Positions 24,171 to 37,625 of a DNA stretch of 64,000 nt are shown here, piece by piece (position 1 is the first letter of the stretch; the number at the start of each line of letters is the position of its first letter). A program made the translations under genes and the position numbers. The notes under the pieces were generated by a model. That model ran no database searches and had not been told where the DNA came from. It saw nothing but the letters and a program-made list of their open reading frames with translations. The stretch spans positions 54,248 through 118,247 of the forward strand of contig JAAOMT010000211.1 in assembly GCA_016748015.1 (NCBI GenBank), written 5' to 3'. Origin of the DNA: Geosiphon pyriformis uo1. Taxonomy: Eukaryota; Fungi; Glomeromycota.

Positions 24171-25131
24171 TGTTACCAGAGGTTTTTGGTCTCTTTTCTT
24201 GAATGTTGTTAATGCTTGTTTTGCTGTGAATTCACGTTTCCAGGAAGTAGTTGAACTTCCAATAACTGAATTTATCTTCAAATTATCTCTTATAATTTGA
24301 ACTGCTGGGCTTATAAGTGGAATGGCCAATTTCGTGCCAGTTACTTTGTGTAGTTACGTTGTAGTAAATGTCAACTTTTTCCCAGGAATTGCTCATTTGG
24401 AAGCTCACTAAAATGTGTAGTTACTTTGCTGTGAAAGTCAACTCTTCTACAGGAATCTCGTCTGTAGACTACCCTAATAATTATAATAAAAAAAATAAAA
24501 AAATAAAAAAAATGTAAAAAAAATGTAAAAAAAATAGGATTTTATCAAGAGAAACGTTTTCTATCCAGGCCTGGAGTCACTAACAGTTTATTGAAATTAG
24601 TAGCTAATCAATTTCAAAACGTTAGTTGTGTTGAGAGAATTTCAAGTGTAATAATTTAAGAATTTTGTTTTTCGAATATTTAATTTTTATTTGATTTTGT
24701 AAAAAGTGATTTGTTTCAATTAAGACATTTAAAGTAAGATACTATGGTAAGATACTATGAGAAGATACATTTTCTTGAAGAGAGAAGCTCTTCTTTTATA
24801 CAACTTGTTGTAGTACTAGTCTTTGAACTTGCACTTTTCTCTTTGCTACAATTTGGGTGAACTAAAGATACATTTCGGCAAATTTACAAGTTATTTCACT
24901 GAACTATTGATTATTTCGGCGAATTTTAACTATGTTAAATGGTTCAGGGTATTGTGTAATTTGATCATCTTAATTTCTAGAGTACAAATCGGATTATTGA
25001 TTGAGTAATGATATTTGATAATTTGGCTAATTTAATAAGTAATAATCGAAATAATAATAATATGCTAATTAATAATAAGAATTATGAAGATAATTTCGTG
25101 CTAATTAATAGCTAAAATTCCACTGATAACA
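24171..25131 (-). repeat. 3' LTR of copy D
   Basis: Adjacent PPT (GAAGAGGAGA on the minus strand). Confidence 0.94.
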
Positions 25132-25819
25132 TAATCTCCTCTTCAAGACTGAGCTCTGTCGAAGTCCAAGCACTATTTGTCATGTTAAGATAGTGGTCCA
25201 AAATAATTGAAGTAATCTGGTCTGAAAATTGTTGAAATTTCAGTTCTGTGAGCTTTCCAATGTATTGAATCTTTATTGGATGGAGTATTGGATTTTGTAG
25301 AACGTTTTCACAAGTATTGAATAAATCATAGAATCTAAATGCTGCTCTAAGTTTGTAGCAAGTGTTTGTTGATCCAGCTGTTGTCTTAAATTCATTGTGA
25401 ATTTGTTTTTGTATAGCCTCAGGAGTGATGTTGGTTGCTTCAAGCTCCAGTTTTCATTCATAAAGTGTTTTTCTAATATGAAAATATATATATATAAGAA
25501 TATGTTCATTGTTCTGTTTATTGAGGAATAGTAGAAGTTTTTGTTGCATTGTGGTATTTGGTAAAATGTCAATAGGGGCCATTAAAAGGTTTTTTTTTAG
25601 TGCTTGCTTCAAAAGTTCTGGTAACCTATTTCCAAAATGACTTCTTGTTTTTTTTCTATAAGGGTGATAGTTTTGAGAATTATTTACTATTAGGGCTGTG
25701 GTTTCTTTCTGAATGTAATTAATTTGACTTCCATTAATCATTATGGATAAGTCAGGAAGTGTTTTCAAAGCTAACATTAATTTTTGGGATATTTGTTGAA
25801 TATTTCGGGAAATAATCAT
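25112..25819 (-). pseudogene. accessory ORF3 of copy D
   Basis: MIISRNIQQISQKLMLALKTLPDL..; near-identical to ORF3 of C. Confidence 0.82.
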
Positions 25820-25986
25820 GATAAAAATGACTAACAAAAAGTTTGAAAAAGAATAAAGAAAATTGTTTTTTGGATATAGGGTTTTTATTTGTTTTTGGTT
25901 TTTAAATGTTTCTTTGTAATTATTTACTGTTTTTGATTTATGTTTTGTGAGTTATTAAAAAAAGATTATTGTAAAATTATGTTGAA

Positions 25987-27372
25987 TTAAGTGTTCAAGT
26001 TTGGCTGTTGTTCTATTATAATTATTGGTTCTAAATTTTGGAGAATATCTTCAGGTTTAACTAAAAGGGAATGTGTACCAATTTGTGAAATAAATAATTC
26101 AGGATTGTTTCTAAAGTAATAGTGTTTCAATCTATCTCCATGTGCAACTTTTGCTAGTATTTTGTCATCAAGTCTTAACTTATATGATCCATTGCCTAGA
26201 ATTTCGTGAATATAAAATGGTCCATCCCATTTGTTTTCAAATTTTCCACTCCATTGTTTTTCAGCCTTAGTTCTGTGTAAGAGAACTTTATTTCCAACTT
26301 TAAATTTGTTGGTTATGAATGGTAGTTTGTTGTTATGTCTTTCTTTTTGTTGAGCTTGGGAATGTTTAATATGAATTGCTGCTGTCCTTTTTTTTCCTTT
26401 CAGTGTATTAAGAAGAGTGTAGGCCCTTCTTTGGAGTGTTTTTTGAAAGTTTTTTTCATTAATTGGTTGTACAGGGCATGTTTCTACTGTGAAATTAATT
26501 GGTAATGTTGCTGTTCTTCTATAAGTTAAATCAAATAGTGTGTGTTTCATAGTATTTTGTTTTAGTGTTCTGTATGCTAGTAACACTGATAGAATAAAGA
26601 TATCCCATTCCTGCTCAAAGTCTGTTGAGACTTTGGCTAGAGATTCACACAATGTTCTGTTAAAATGTTCTACAAGTCCATTTGTTTGAGAGTAATAAGG
26701 TAATGATAGAGGTCTTTTGACATTGAATTATTCACAAATTTTTTGTATCAAGTTGTTCACAAAATGTGTTTCTTGATCAGATAAAAGTTCAATTGGACAT
26801 CCATGTTTACAAATAATGTCTTCATAGATAAAATTTGCTATTGATTTTGCATCTGCTCTTTGAATGGCTCTAGCTTCAGGCCATTTGGTAAGACAATCTA
26901 CTGCAACTGCAATATAACCATTTCCTTGAGTTGTGATAGATAATGGTCTGACTAAATCAATTCCAACTTTGTTAAAAGGTTGTTCAACTTTGATTGAATT
27001 TAAAGGTTCTGTGGGGTGAGTTCCTTCTTTTCTTTGACAATTATCACAAGATTCTATATATTGTTAAGTGTCTTTTTGCATTTGAGGCCAAAAATAATGT
27101 TCAAAAATTCTTTGTATTGTTCCATCTCTTTCCAAGTGTGCTGAAGAAGAATCTGTGTGCATGTTGTATAAAATTGTTTCTTTTTCATTCTCTTGTACTA
27201 ATCTGAAAGATTGGTTTGGATTTTTATGATTCTTGTAATAAATTTTGTTGTGGTGTATAAAATATTGTTTGGATTGGTGTTGTAATTGATGTTTTTCACT
27301 TGAAAACCAAATTTCTGACATGGTGAGAGTCTCCAAATAGTTTTTGATGTTGTTGTAGTTTTCTGGATCCAT
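25987..27372 (-). pseudogene. integrase of copy D
   Basis: ORFs 27064-27372 and 25987-26652; KWDGPFYIHEILGNGSYKL module; no chromodomain. Confidence 0.93.
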
Positions 27373-27436
27373 TGTTGATTTTGTTATTTGTTCTGCTGTT
27401 AAGTTTGTTGGTGTTTTGTTGGTGTTAATGTTGGTA

Positions 27437-30400
27437 TTAATATTGTCTTATTCTTGAAAGGCTGTCAACATTAGTGTGTAGTTTTTCTGGTTTGTAATGC
27501 AGTCTGCTAAAAAATCATTCCATTGAGACTGTTTGGCACTTTATCTTTTTTTATTTTTATTGAGTCATTTGAGGCCAATATTGTCAGTTATGATGTCAAA
27601 TTCTTTTTCATTCTTCAGGTATTGTTGAAAGTATTTGAGGGTCCAAATAATTGCAGCAGTTTCTAGTTCTGTTGAGCCATATTTGAGTTCTGTTGGCTTG
27701 AGTGTTCTACTAGTATAGGCAATGACTTGTTCCTGGCCATTTTCATTTAATTGTAATAGAATAGCACCAAAAGCTATGTGTAAAGCATTAGTGGCTAGTT
27801 GGAACTGTTTGTTGAAATCTGGATAAGCATGAACTGGGGCTGTTGTTAATTTTGTTTTGAAGGTTTTAAAAGCTTTTTGTTGTTCTTCTGTCTATTTGTA
27901 TAGCACATTTTTGTTGATAAAATAATTGAATGGTTTGGCAATTTTTAAGAATTTTTTTATAAATTTCCGATAGTAGGAGGCTAATCCTACAAATTCTCTT
28001 AGTTTTGTGGTATTTTTGGGAGTTTGTAAGTCTTTGACAGCACTAATTGTTTTAGGGTTTGGTTTGACTCTATTTTTGCTAACTATGTGTTTAAAAAAAA
28101 TTAAGCTTGTTTTTCTAAAGTGACATTTCTCAATATTCAACTTTAATTCTGCTTTCTGTAATCATTGAAAAACTTTTTGCAGGTAAATAAAATGGGCTTC
28201 AAAGCTTGGTGAGTACACATCAGTGTCATCAAGATAAACAACTACTGATTGCCATAAGAGTCCTTCATATACAACATCCATGAGTCATTGGAATGTTGCT
28301 GGTACATTGCAGAGTCCAAAAAGCATAATATTGAACTCATAATTTCCTCCTTGGATGGTGAATGCTGTTTTGGGTCTATCTTTTGGGTCCATTTCGACTT
28401 GCCAGTATCTACTTTCTAAGTCTAAAGTTGAGAAGAACTTGGCTTTTCCTAAAGCATCTAACATGTCATCAATTCTTGGAAAAGAGTAGGCATCTCTAAT
28501 TGTGACACTATTCAATTGTTAATAATCAACACAGAATCTGATTTTTCCGTTTTCTTTTTGACAAAAACTACTGATAAGGTCCATAGACTTTTTGATAGTT
28601 AAATCAATCCGTTATTGAGCATTCTTTGGACCTCTTTTCTAATAAATTGGTGGCTAGCAAGTGGAACTCAATAGGCTTGTTGTTGTTTTGGTAAAGCATC
28701 TCTTGTATGGATTTGGTGTTGAACAATATCCGTTTTTCCAAGGTTATTGTTGTTTTTTGCAAATATATCTGCAAATTCAGCTATCAATTGTTTCAATTGT
28801 TTTTGTTGTTGGAGTTCCAAAGGACCCATGTTGATTCAAAAGAGTTTTTTTTCCAAAAGGTGGTAGTTTTCAGTGGTAAAAATGATGTTTGGATTTGGAA
28901 GTAGTGTATGTTTTATAATTTCGATGAAATTAGAGACAATTTGAGAGTTTTCATCTTGAAAAATGTTACTGTGTATGATTCCAATCTCTAGTTTGTTCAA
29001 TAAGACAATGGGGTAATTATTGGAGTTATAGAATATAACTCGAAATTTTTTCATTTCTTTGGGAATATAAATGTTTGGGATTGAGATTTCAAGCTTCAAA
29101 CAGATTTGTTCATTGGATTCAAAGATTTATTGAATGGTGGTGGGTTTTGAGCAAGTGTAAATTTCGTGATGTTCACTAAAAGGTGAAATGGTAATTGGTT
29201 GGGGAAGTTGAAAAATCTGGTAAGATTTATTCTGTATATTGAAAGCTATGTTTATTGGAACTGTAAATCATCCAGTTGAACCAAAACCTTGAGTTCCTCT
29301 TTCACTTTTTCCCAATTGTTCTCTGTTTTTAACTGATTATAACCTCGAAATGTTGATTAGGGATAGGTAAATTGCTTGGGCAATTTTCTCAGTATGTTCA
29401 ATCCTAAATGGTTTGTCTGTTTCATTTTGTAATATAATGGTAATGTCTCCAGTATATCCTGCATCTATAACATTTCCTTTAACATTGATTTTTTTGTTTG
29501 CCAATAATGATCTGGATGCAATTTGAATTATTGCTCCAGATGGAATTTCAAGAGCAATTTTGAGATTGATTTTTGTCAAAAACTTTGGTTGGAGAACCAA
29601 AGTATCTTTTCCTGGGTATTTTAAGTCATATCTAGCATCAATTTTGTGTGCTTTTTCTGGTCTAATTTCTTGGTTATGGTTGTCAAAATATTTAAGTTGT
29701 AGAGGTGGTTGCATTTTAAGAAGATAAATGAGAGTGGTTGGTAGTTCTTCTACCAGTTCAGATACTCCAAATTCGATTTCATTTTCATCATTTTCCTCTG
29801 ACAGGGGAATGCTAAGAGCATAGCATTCTGGACATCATTTGTTATCACAAGACATGATGTATTCTTCACACAATTAAATGTTTATTTGCTCTAATTGTTG
29901 AATTTAAGCTTCTTGAGTCGGATATGTGTGGCTTGCAATTTGGTAGTAGGTTTCTACTTCATCTTCATAATCAAATCCAGCTAATTTCATAGTATACTCA
30001 ATATATTCAGCTTCCTTCATTTGGCAGACATCTTCTTGGATGGCTCTATTGATCAATGCCATTACTAGGTCAAAAATCATTTCAGCATTATGAGGGTAGT
30101 GGTAAAGTTTATTGAGAGCACTGTTGTATACTGCATCAAATGGTGTTCCTCTTCTGACTTTTTCTGAAATTGATAGAGCATATTGACAGATTTGATCACA
30201 TACTCCTCCTCTCATTGCAATATCAATTCAGTTACATTCTTCTGGTAATGTATCTCCACATGTGAGGCAAGGAGTGTTGTCCCATTTTCCACTTCTTTTT
30301 GAAGATCCAAATCGTTCTCTATGGCATGCTTTGCAAAAGTAACAGGTATGAGTTTCATATTCCTCTTCTGGAAAAATACATGCTCCTATTGATGAAATTT

Positions 30401-33004
30401 TCTTGTTGCAATCTTTGCATTTAAGTAAAATATAGTGTGGTTGTTTCTATGGTTCTGATGTAGAATATCTAACTTTCTTCCATCCTCTTGATTCTTCAAA
30501 AATCTCCTGTTCTGTTTCTTTAGCCCAATTGGATGTTGATCCAAGAGCCATGTAGGTTTCAGTAAGTGGCATTTCTTTCTCCTCTTCAAATTCAAATACT
30601 GGGGCTTTTTCTGATTGTTTGTTAAAAGTACCACAAGTAGCAGGTACTATGATGTATTGTCCTTGGTATGAAATTTTTAATTTCTGAGTTTCCCAGTTTA
30701 AGTTTGCATTGGCCTTAAAAAGCCAATCATTTTCGACCAGAGCTTGGTATTGAGGTGCATCTATAACTAGAACTTTGATTGAGATGGTGATTTTATCAAT
30801 GGTGAATAAAAAATTGTCAATTTCTTCTACTGGTGTTTTTTTCATACCATCTGCTATAACAATTACAGTTTGGGCTGGTCTGTTAACAGTTCTTTGAAGC
30901 TGTTGCATTAACTGGTAGATGATAATATTTCCAGCTGATCTACTGTTTAGAATTAGTCGGATGGGTTTTTTTTCTACTGTAGCTTTAGTGTACATGGCAG
31001 TGATAGCTCTTTGTTTATTAACTGCTGCATTACTAAGCAAAGATGGTAATTCATTTGCTTCAAATTCGAATGAGAATATATCTGAAAGGTTGGCATTTTG
31101 GGCAATTTGAGCTGGTAGAATAGTGTTGTTGAAAGAGTTTGATCTGGGTGCTGCAACTTCATCTTTAGAAAATGCAGGTTGTTAAAAATCCGATTCCTCT
31201 GGTATTGTAAGATAACTGGGTTGAGTGTGATAATGATTGGGTCTTTGCTGACCAGAATTTCAGAGAACCAACTGGTTATTTGGATTAATTCTGTTGTTGT
31301 TATTCTGAAATTGATTTTGGGGTGTGAATTGGTTATGTTGAACCAATCTTCTTGCTGGTACTTGATATTGTTGAGTGGGTGATGTCTAATATGGCCGAAT
31401 TGATAAAGGTTGCTGATATTGTTGCTGTATTGGTTGTGAAGCTGGTTGATAGTAACTGTTTTAATTTTGTGGTCTTGGTGAATAATAGGTTGGTAGTGAA
31501 GATTGGTAATAAGATTGTTATGATAAAGAGTAATATTGATTACTCCTGTTTTGTTGGTCTCTTTGTAATTTCCTACAATTTTGTTTCCAGTGTCTTGAAA
31601 TTCCACAATAATAACAATTTTGAGGTTGGTTGTTGGATGGTGATCCAAAATTGTTTTGGTTGTATCATTGTGGGAGTTGATATCTTTGTGGTTGTTGTTG
31701 CTGTTGTTGTTGGTTTGTGAAGTAGCTTTCAACCTTTTTTGTAAGTTGTTTTATCTTCTTTTTAGCTGTTGAACTGGTTTTTCCAATAGCTAGGTTGACA
31801 AATTTGGTGTGGTTTGCTTCTTCCATAGCCATTTCATAGTTCTTTACATGTCTGATGGCAGTTGCTAAGTCTGTTGGTATATGTGGACAGACTTTCTTAA
31901 TCAATTTGTCTTTTAATCCTGCTATAAACTAATCCAGAATCTGTGCATTAAAATAGTAATTATTGGTTTCCAATTGTCAAATTTGTCAAAGAAGTTTGTT
32001 AACTCTCCCAAAATAGGTCATAACAGTTTCAAATGTTTCTTGTTATTAGTGAATTGTTGTAAGAAAGCATCTTTGAATGCTTGCCAGTTCTCAAATAGTT
32101 CTTTTAAATTTTCAAACCATTTTTCTGCTGTTCCTTGGAAAAAGTAAGGAATTGTTTTGAGCATTCTTGCTGCAATTCAACTATTTGCATCTCCTGCTTT
32201 TTGAACTTGGTCAAGCCATTTTTGAGGACTGATATCATTGTCTTCACTAGTGAATTCTGGAATTTTTGTGATGTAGGCAGTTGCCATTTCTTTTTTGTTT
32301 CCTGTGATTTCTTCTGGTTCTGATTCAGTTTCTTCATTTTCTAAGCTTTCTGAATGATTACTTTCGTTTTCCTGTAAGTAATCAATGATATTGGCACTTG
32401 TTGATATTGGTTCTTGTTGTTGAGTAAGATTTCTAAATGACTGAAAATCTTCTGGTCTGGAAAAATGGTTAAGTAGTAAACTTGGTGTTTTTGGTTGAAC
32501 AAGTGAAATTAGAAATAGTGTAATAGAAAGTGGTAATTTGATACTGGTTCCTTGTTCAGGTGTTTGCAAGTGTTTGGAAGTTGTCTTTAATAGTATTGGA
32601 GTATTTGACATGGTTCTTGATTATTGTTTTACTTTTTGTTTGCCTTTGTTGCTTGTCTCTGTTTCTGATTCAAAGTTAAAAGAGTATTTGGGCTGTACTG
32701 GGTATTTTTCTTTACAATATTCAATAATATTAAAATAAAGTTCTTGGAAGTAGGTAGCAAGTGTTTCACTGTTCAGGTCTTTTATTCCCAATTGTGAATA
32801 GTGCATTAAATTTTTGTAGAGGTTGCTTCTAACTTCTGAAATATTGTAGTTTCCAAAAAAATAATTGTTGATGTGATTTTCAATGTATTGGTATACTGAT
32901 TTCTTGACAACTTCAATTCCGTCTGGGATGTTGAATTTTTGCTTGCAGTAGGTGTAAATTGACTGATAATTCTTTAGAATTGTTGTGTCTGGTGTGGTCG
33001 CCAC
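27437..33004 (-). pseudogene. Gag-PR-Cys-rich-dUTPase-RT-RNaseH polyprotein of copy D
   Basis: Fragments 32621-33004, 30447-31040 (PR), 29337-29714 (dUTPase, IDAGYTGDI), 28285-28515 (RT). Confidence 0.93.
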
Positions 33005-33049
33005 TTTGAATTTGTTGTTGCTATGTTATTTCCATAAGAGAGCACCAAA

Positions 33050-34012
33050 TATTACCAGAGGTTTTTGGTCTTTTTTCTTAAATGTTGTTAATGCTTGTTT
33101 TGCTGTGAATTCACGTTTCCAGGAAGTAGTTGAACTTCCAATAACTGAATTTATCTTCAAATTATCTCCTATAATTTGAACTGCTGGGCTTATAAGTGGA
33201 ATGACCAATTCCATGCCAGTTACTTTGTGTAGTTACATTGTAGTAAATATCAACTCTTTCCCAGGAATTGCTCATCTGGAAGCTCACTAAAAATGTGTAG
33301 TTACTTTGCTGTGAAAGTCAACTCTTCTACAGGAATCTTGTCTGTAGACTACCCTAATAATTTGTAATAAAAAAATAAAAGAAAAATAAAAGAAATAAGA
33401 TTTTATCAAGAGAAACGTTTTCTATCCAGATCTGGAGTCACTAACAGTTTATTGAAATTAATAGCTAATTAATTTCAAAATGTTAGTTGTGTTGAGAGAA
33501 TTTCAAGTGTAATAATTTAAGAATTTTGTTTTTCAAATATTTAATTTTTATTTGATTTTGTAAAAAGTGATTTGTTTCAATTAAGACATTTAAAATAAGA
33601 TACTATGGTAAGATACTATGAGAAGATACATTTTCTTGAAGAGAAAAGCTCTTCTTTTATACAACTTGTTGTAGTACTAGTCTTTGAACTTGCACTTTTC
33701 TTTTTGCTACAATTTGGGTAAACTAAAGATACATTTCGGCAAATTTACAAGTTATTTCACTGAACTATTGATTATTTCGGTGAATTTTCATTAATTTCGG
33801 CAAATTTTGATTATGTTAAATAGTTCAGGGTATTGTGTAATTTGATCATCTTAATTTCTAGAGTACAAATCGGATTATTGATTAAGTAATAATGTTTGAT
33901 AATTTGGCTAATTTAATAAGTAATAATCGAAATGATAATAATATGCTAATTAATAATAGGAATTATGAAGATAATTTTGTGCTAACTAATAGCTAAAATT
34001 CCACTGGTAACA
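33050..34012 (-). repeat. 5' LTR of copy D
   Basis: Direct repeat of 24171-25131; PBS at ~33032-33049. Confidence 0.94.
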
Positions 34013-34016
34013 TCAC

Positions 34017-35300
34017 ACAGGAGATGTTCTACCAAAAAGACAACAAGCTTATCAAGTGCCACCTACCAGTCACCAATTCATCAGAGAAGAGATCCAAAGA
34101 ATGCTTAATAACAGATTGATTCAACCATTAAAAAGTTCTTGGGCCTTATCAATAGTTTTAGTTAAAAAGAAAAATAGAAAAATCAGATTCTGTGTTAATT
34201 ATAGACAACTGAATAGTGTTACAATTGAAGATGCCTACTCTCTTCCAAGAATTGATAACATGCTAGATGCTCTAGGAAAAGCCAAGTTCTTCTCAACTTT
34301 AGACTTGGAAAGTGGATACTGGCAAGTCGAAATGGACCCAAAAGATAAACCCAAAACAGCATTTACCACCCAAAAAAGAAACTATGAGTTCAATATTATG
34401 TCTTTTGAACTCTGCAATGCACTAGCAACATTTCAACAATTCATGGATGTTGTATATAAAGAACTCTTATGGCAATCAATGGTTGTCTATCTTGCTGACA
34501 CTAATATATACTCACCAAGCTTTAAAGCCTACCTTATCTACCTGCAAGAAGTTTTTCAATGATTATAGAAAGCAGGATTAAAGTTAAACATTGAAAAATG
34601 TCACTTTGGAAAAACAAGCCTAATTTTTTTTGGACACATTGTTAACAAAGATGGAGTTAAACCAAACCCTAGAACAATCAGTGCTGTCAAAAACTTTCTA
34701 ACTCCCAAAAATACCACAGAATTATAAGAATTTGTAGGATTAGCCTTCTACTATCGAAAATTCATAAAAAGATTCTCAGAAATTGCCAAACCATTCAACT
34801 ATCTTACCAACAAAAACGTACCATATCAATGGACTGAAGAACAACAAAAAGCTTTTGAAACCCTCAAAACAAAATTAACAACAGCCCCAATTTTTGTTTA
34901 CTCAGACTTCAACAAACAGTTTCAACTAGCTACTGATGCTTCACACATAGCTTTTGGTGCCATTTTATCACAATTTGATAAAAATAGCCAAAAACAAGTC
35001 ATTGGTTATGCCAGCAGAACACTCAAGCCAACAGAACTCAAATATGACTCAACTGAATTAGAAGCTGCCACAATTATTTGGGTTCTCAAACACTTTCAAC
35101 AATACCTGAAAAATGGAAAAAAATTTAACATCATAACTGACAATATTGGCTTAAAATGGCTCAACAAAAAAAAAACTAAACAAAGTACCAAACAGTTTCA
35201 ATGGAATGATTTCTTAGCAAATTACAAATATATTGTACACCATAAACCAGGAAAACTACACACCAATGTTAATAGCCTTTCAAAAATGAGACAAGATTAA
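34017..35300 (+). pseudogene. RT-RNaseH part of copy C
   Basis: LDLESGYWQV, KTAFTT, ATDAS; ends ..SLSKMRQD*. Confidence 0.92.
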
Positions 35301-35358
35301 CATCAACAACAAAACTCACCACAATTTACCAATCTATCAACACAATAACCAAACAACA

Positions 35359-36744
35359 ATAAATCCTAGAAATTACAACAATATTAAAAACTATTTGGAG
35401 ACTTTTACCATACTAGAAAATTGGTTTCCAAGTAAAAAACATTGATTACAACATCAATCCAAACAATATTTTATACATCACAACAAAATCTATTACAAAA
35501 ATTGCAGAAATCCAAACCAATCACTCAGATTAGTACAAGAGAATGAAAAAGAAACAATCTTATTCAACATGTACACAGATCTTTTTTCAGCACACTAAGA
35601 AAAAGATGAAACAATACAAAGAACTTTTGAACATTACTTTTGGCCTCAAATGCAAAAAAACATTCAACAATATGTAAAATTTTGTGATAGTTGTCAAAGA
35701 AAAGAAAGAACTTGTCCCACAAAACCTTTAAATCTAATCAAAGTTGGACAATCTTTTGACAGAATTGGAATTGATTTAATCAGATCATTATCTATCACAA
35801 CTAAAGAAAATTATTATATTGCAATTGCAGTAGATTATCTTACCAAATGGCTTGAAGCTAGAGCCATCCAAAGAGCAGATGCAAAATCAATAGCAAATTT
35901 CATCTATGAAGACATTATTTGTAGACATGGATGTCCAATTGAACTTTTATCTGATTAAGAAACACATTTTGTGAACAACTTGATACAAGAAATTTGTGAA
36001 CAATTCAATATCAAAAGACCTCTATCATCACCTTATCACCCTCAAATAAATGGACTTGTAGAATGTTTCAACAGAACATTGTGTGAATCTCTAGCCAAAG
36101 TCTCAACAGACTTTAAGCAAGAATGGGATATTTTTATTCCATCAGTGTTACTAGCATACAGAATACTAAAACAAGATACTATAAAACACACACCATTTGA
36201 TTTAACTTATAAAAAAACAGCAATATTACCAATTAATTTTACAGTAGAAACATACCCTGCACAACCAATTAATGAAAAAAACTTTCAAAAAACACTCCAA
36301 AAAAGAGCCTACACTCTTCTTAGTATACTGGAAGGAAAAAGAAAGATAGCAGCAACTTATATTGAACATTCCCAAGCTCAACAAAAAGAAAAACATAACA
36401 ACAAATTACCACCTATAACCAACGAATTTAAAGTTGGAAATAAAGTTCTCTTACACAGAACTAAGACTAAAAAACAATAAAGTGAGAAATTTGAAAACAA
36501 ATGAGATGGACCATTTTATATTCACAAAATTCTAGACAATGGATCATACAAGTTAAGACTTGATGACAAAGTACTAGCAAAAGTTGCACATAAAGATAGA
36601 TTGAAACACTATTATTCCAAAAACAATCCTAAACTATTAATTCCACAAATTGGTACACATTCTCCTTTAGTTAAACCTGAAGATATTCTCCAAAATTTAG
36701 AACCAATAATTATAATAGAACAACAACCAAACTTAAACACTTAA
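35359..36744 (+). pseudogene. integrase of copy C
   Basis: Start ATG decayed to ATA; ORFs 35650-35958 and 35971-36480 carry the DDE motifs. Confidence 0.92.
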
Positions 36745-36917
36745 TTCAACATAATTTTACAATAATCTTTTTTTTTAATAACTCACAAAACATAAATTAA
36801 AAACAGTAAATAATTACAAAGAAACATTTAAACCCAAAAACAAATAAAAAAACCCTATACTCAAAAAATATATTTCTTTATTCTTTTCAAACTTTGTTAT
36901 TAATTAGTCATTTTATC

Positions 36918-37625
36918 ATGATTATTTCCCGAAATATTCAACAAATATCCCAAAAATTAATGTTAGCTTTGAAAACACTTCTTGACTTATCCATAATGAT
37001 TAATGGAAGTCAAATTAATTACATTCAGAAAGAAACCACAACCCTAATAGTAAATAATTCTCAAAACTATTACCCTTATAAAAAAAAAACAAGAAGTCAT
37101 TTTGGAAATAGGTTACCAGAACTTTTGAAGCAAACATTAAAAGAAAACTTTTTAATGGCTTTTATTGATATTTTACCAAATGCCACAATGCAACAAAAAC
37201 TTCTACTATTCTTCAATAAACAAAACAATGAACATACCCTTATATATAGATATTTTCATATTAGAAAAACACTTTATGAATGAAAACTGGAGCTTGAAGC
37301 AACCAACATCACCCTTGAGGCTATACAAAAACAAATTCACAATAAATTTAAGACAACAGCTGGATCAACAAACACTCGCTACAAACTTAGAGCAGTATTT
37401 AGATTCTATGATTTATTCAACACTTGTGAAAACGTTCTACAAAATCCAATACTCCATCCAATAAAGATTCAATAGATTGAAAAGCTCACAGAACTGAAAT
37501 TTCAACAATTTTCAGACCAGATTACTTCAATTATTTTGGACCACTATCTTGATATCACAAATAGTGCTTAAACTTTGACGGAGCTCAGTCTTGAAGAGGA
37601 GATTATGTTATTAGTAGAATTTTAG
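36918..37625 (+). pseudogene. accessory ORF3 of copy C
   Basis: Homologous to ORF3 of A, B and D; stop lies in the LTR. Confidence 0.82.

Larger units (their letters stand above)
24171..34012 (-). mobile_element. full-length copy D, inserted antisense into pol of copy C
   Basis: LTRs 24171-25131 and 33050-34012; TSD CCAC/TCAC; all domains on the minus strand. Confidence 0.96.

Noticed and set aside
18822-25131. Inverted LTRs suggesting a DIRS element or an inversion
   Set aside because: Explained by antisense nesting of D in C (TSD CCAC/TCAC); the integrase is DDE type and there is no tyrosine recombinase.
25987-26110. Chromodomain at the integrase C-terminus
   Set aside because: Only ~40 aa follow the GPF module, with no aromatic-cage motif.
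33026-33214. LTR/U5 ORF seemingly leading into gag
   Set aside because: The frame is not conserved (1-nt differences among A, B, C and D), it hits a TAA after the PBS, and its ATG is a decayed ACG.
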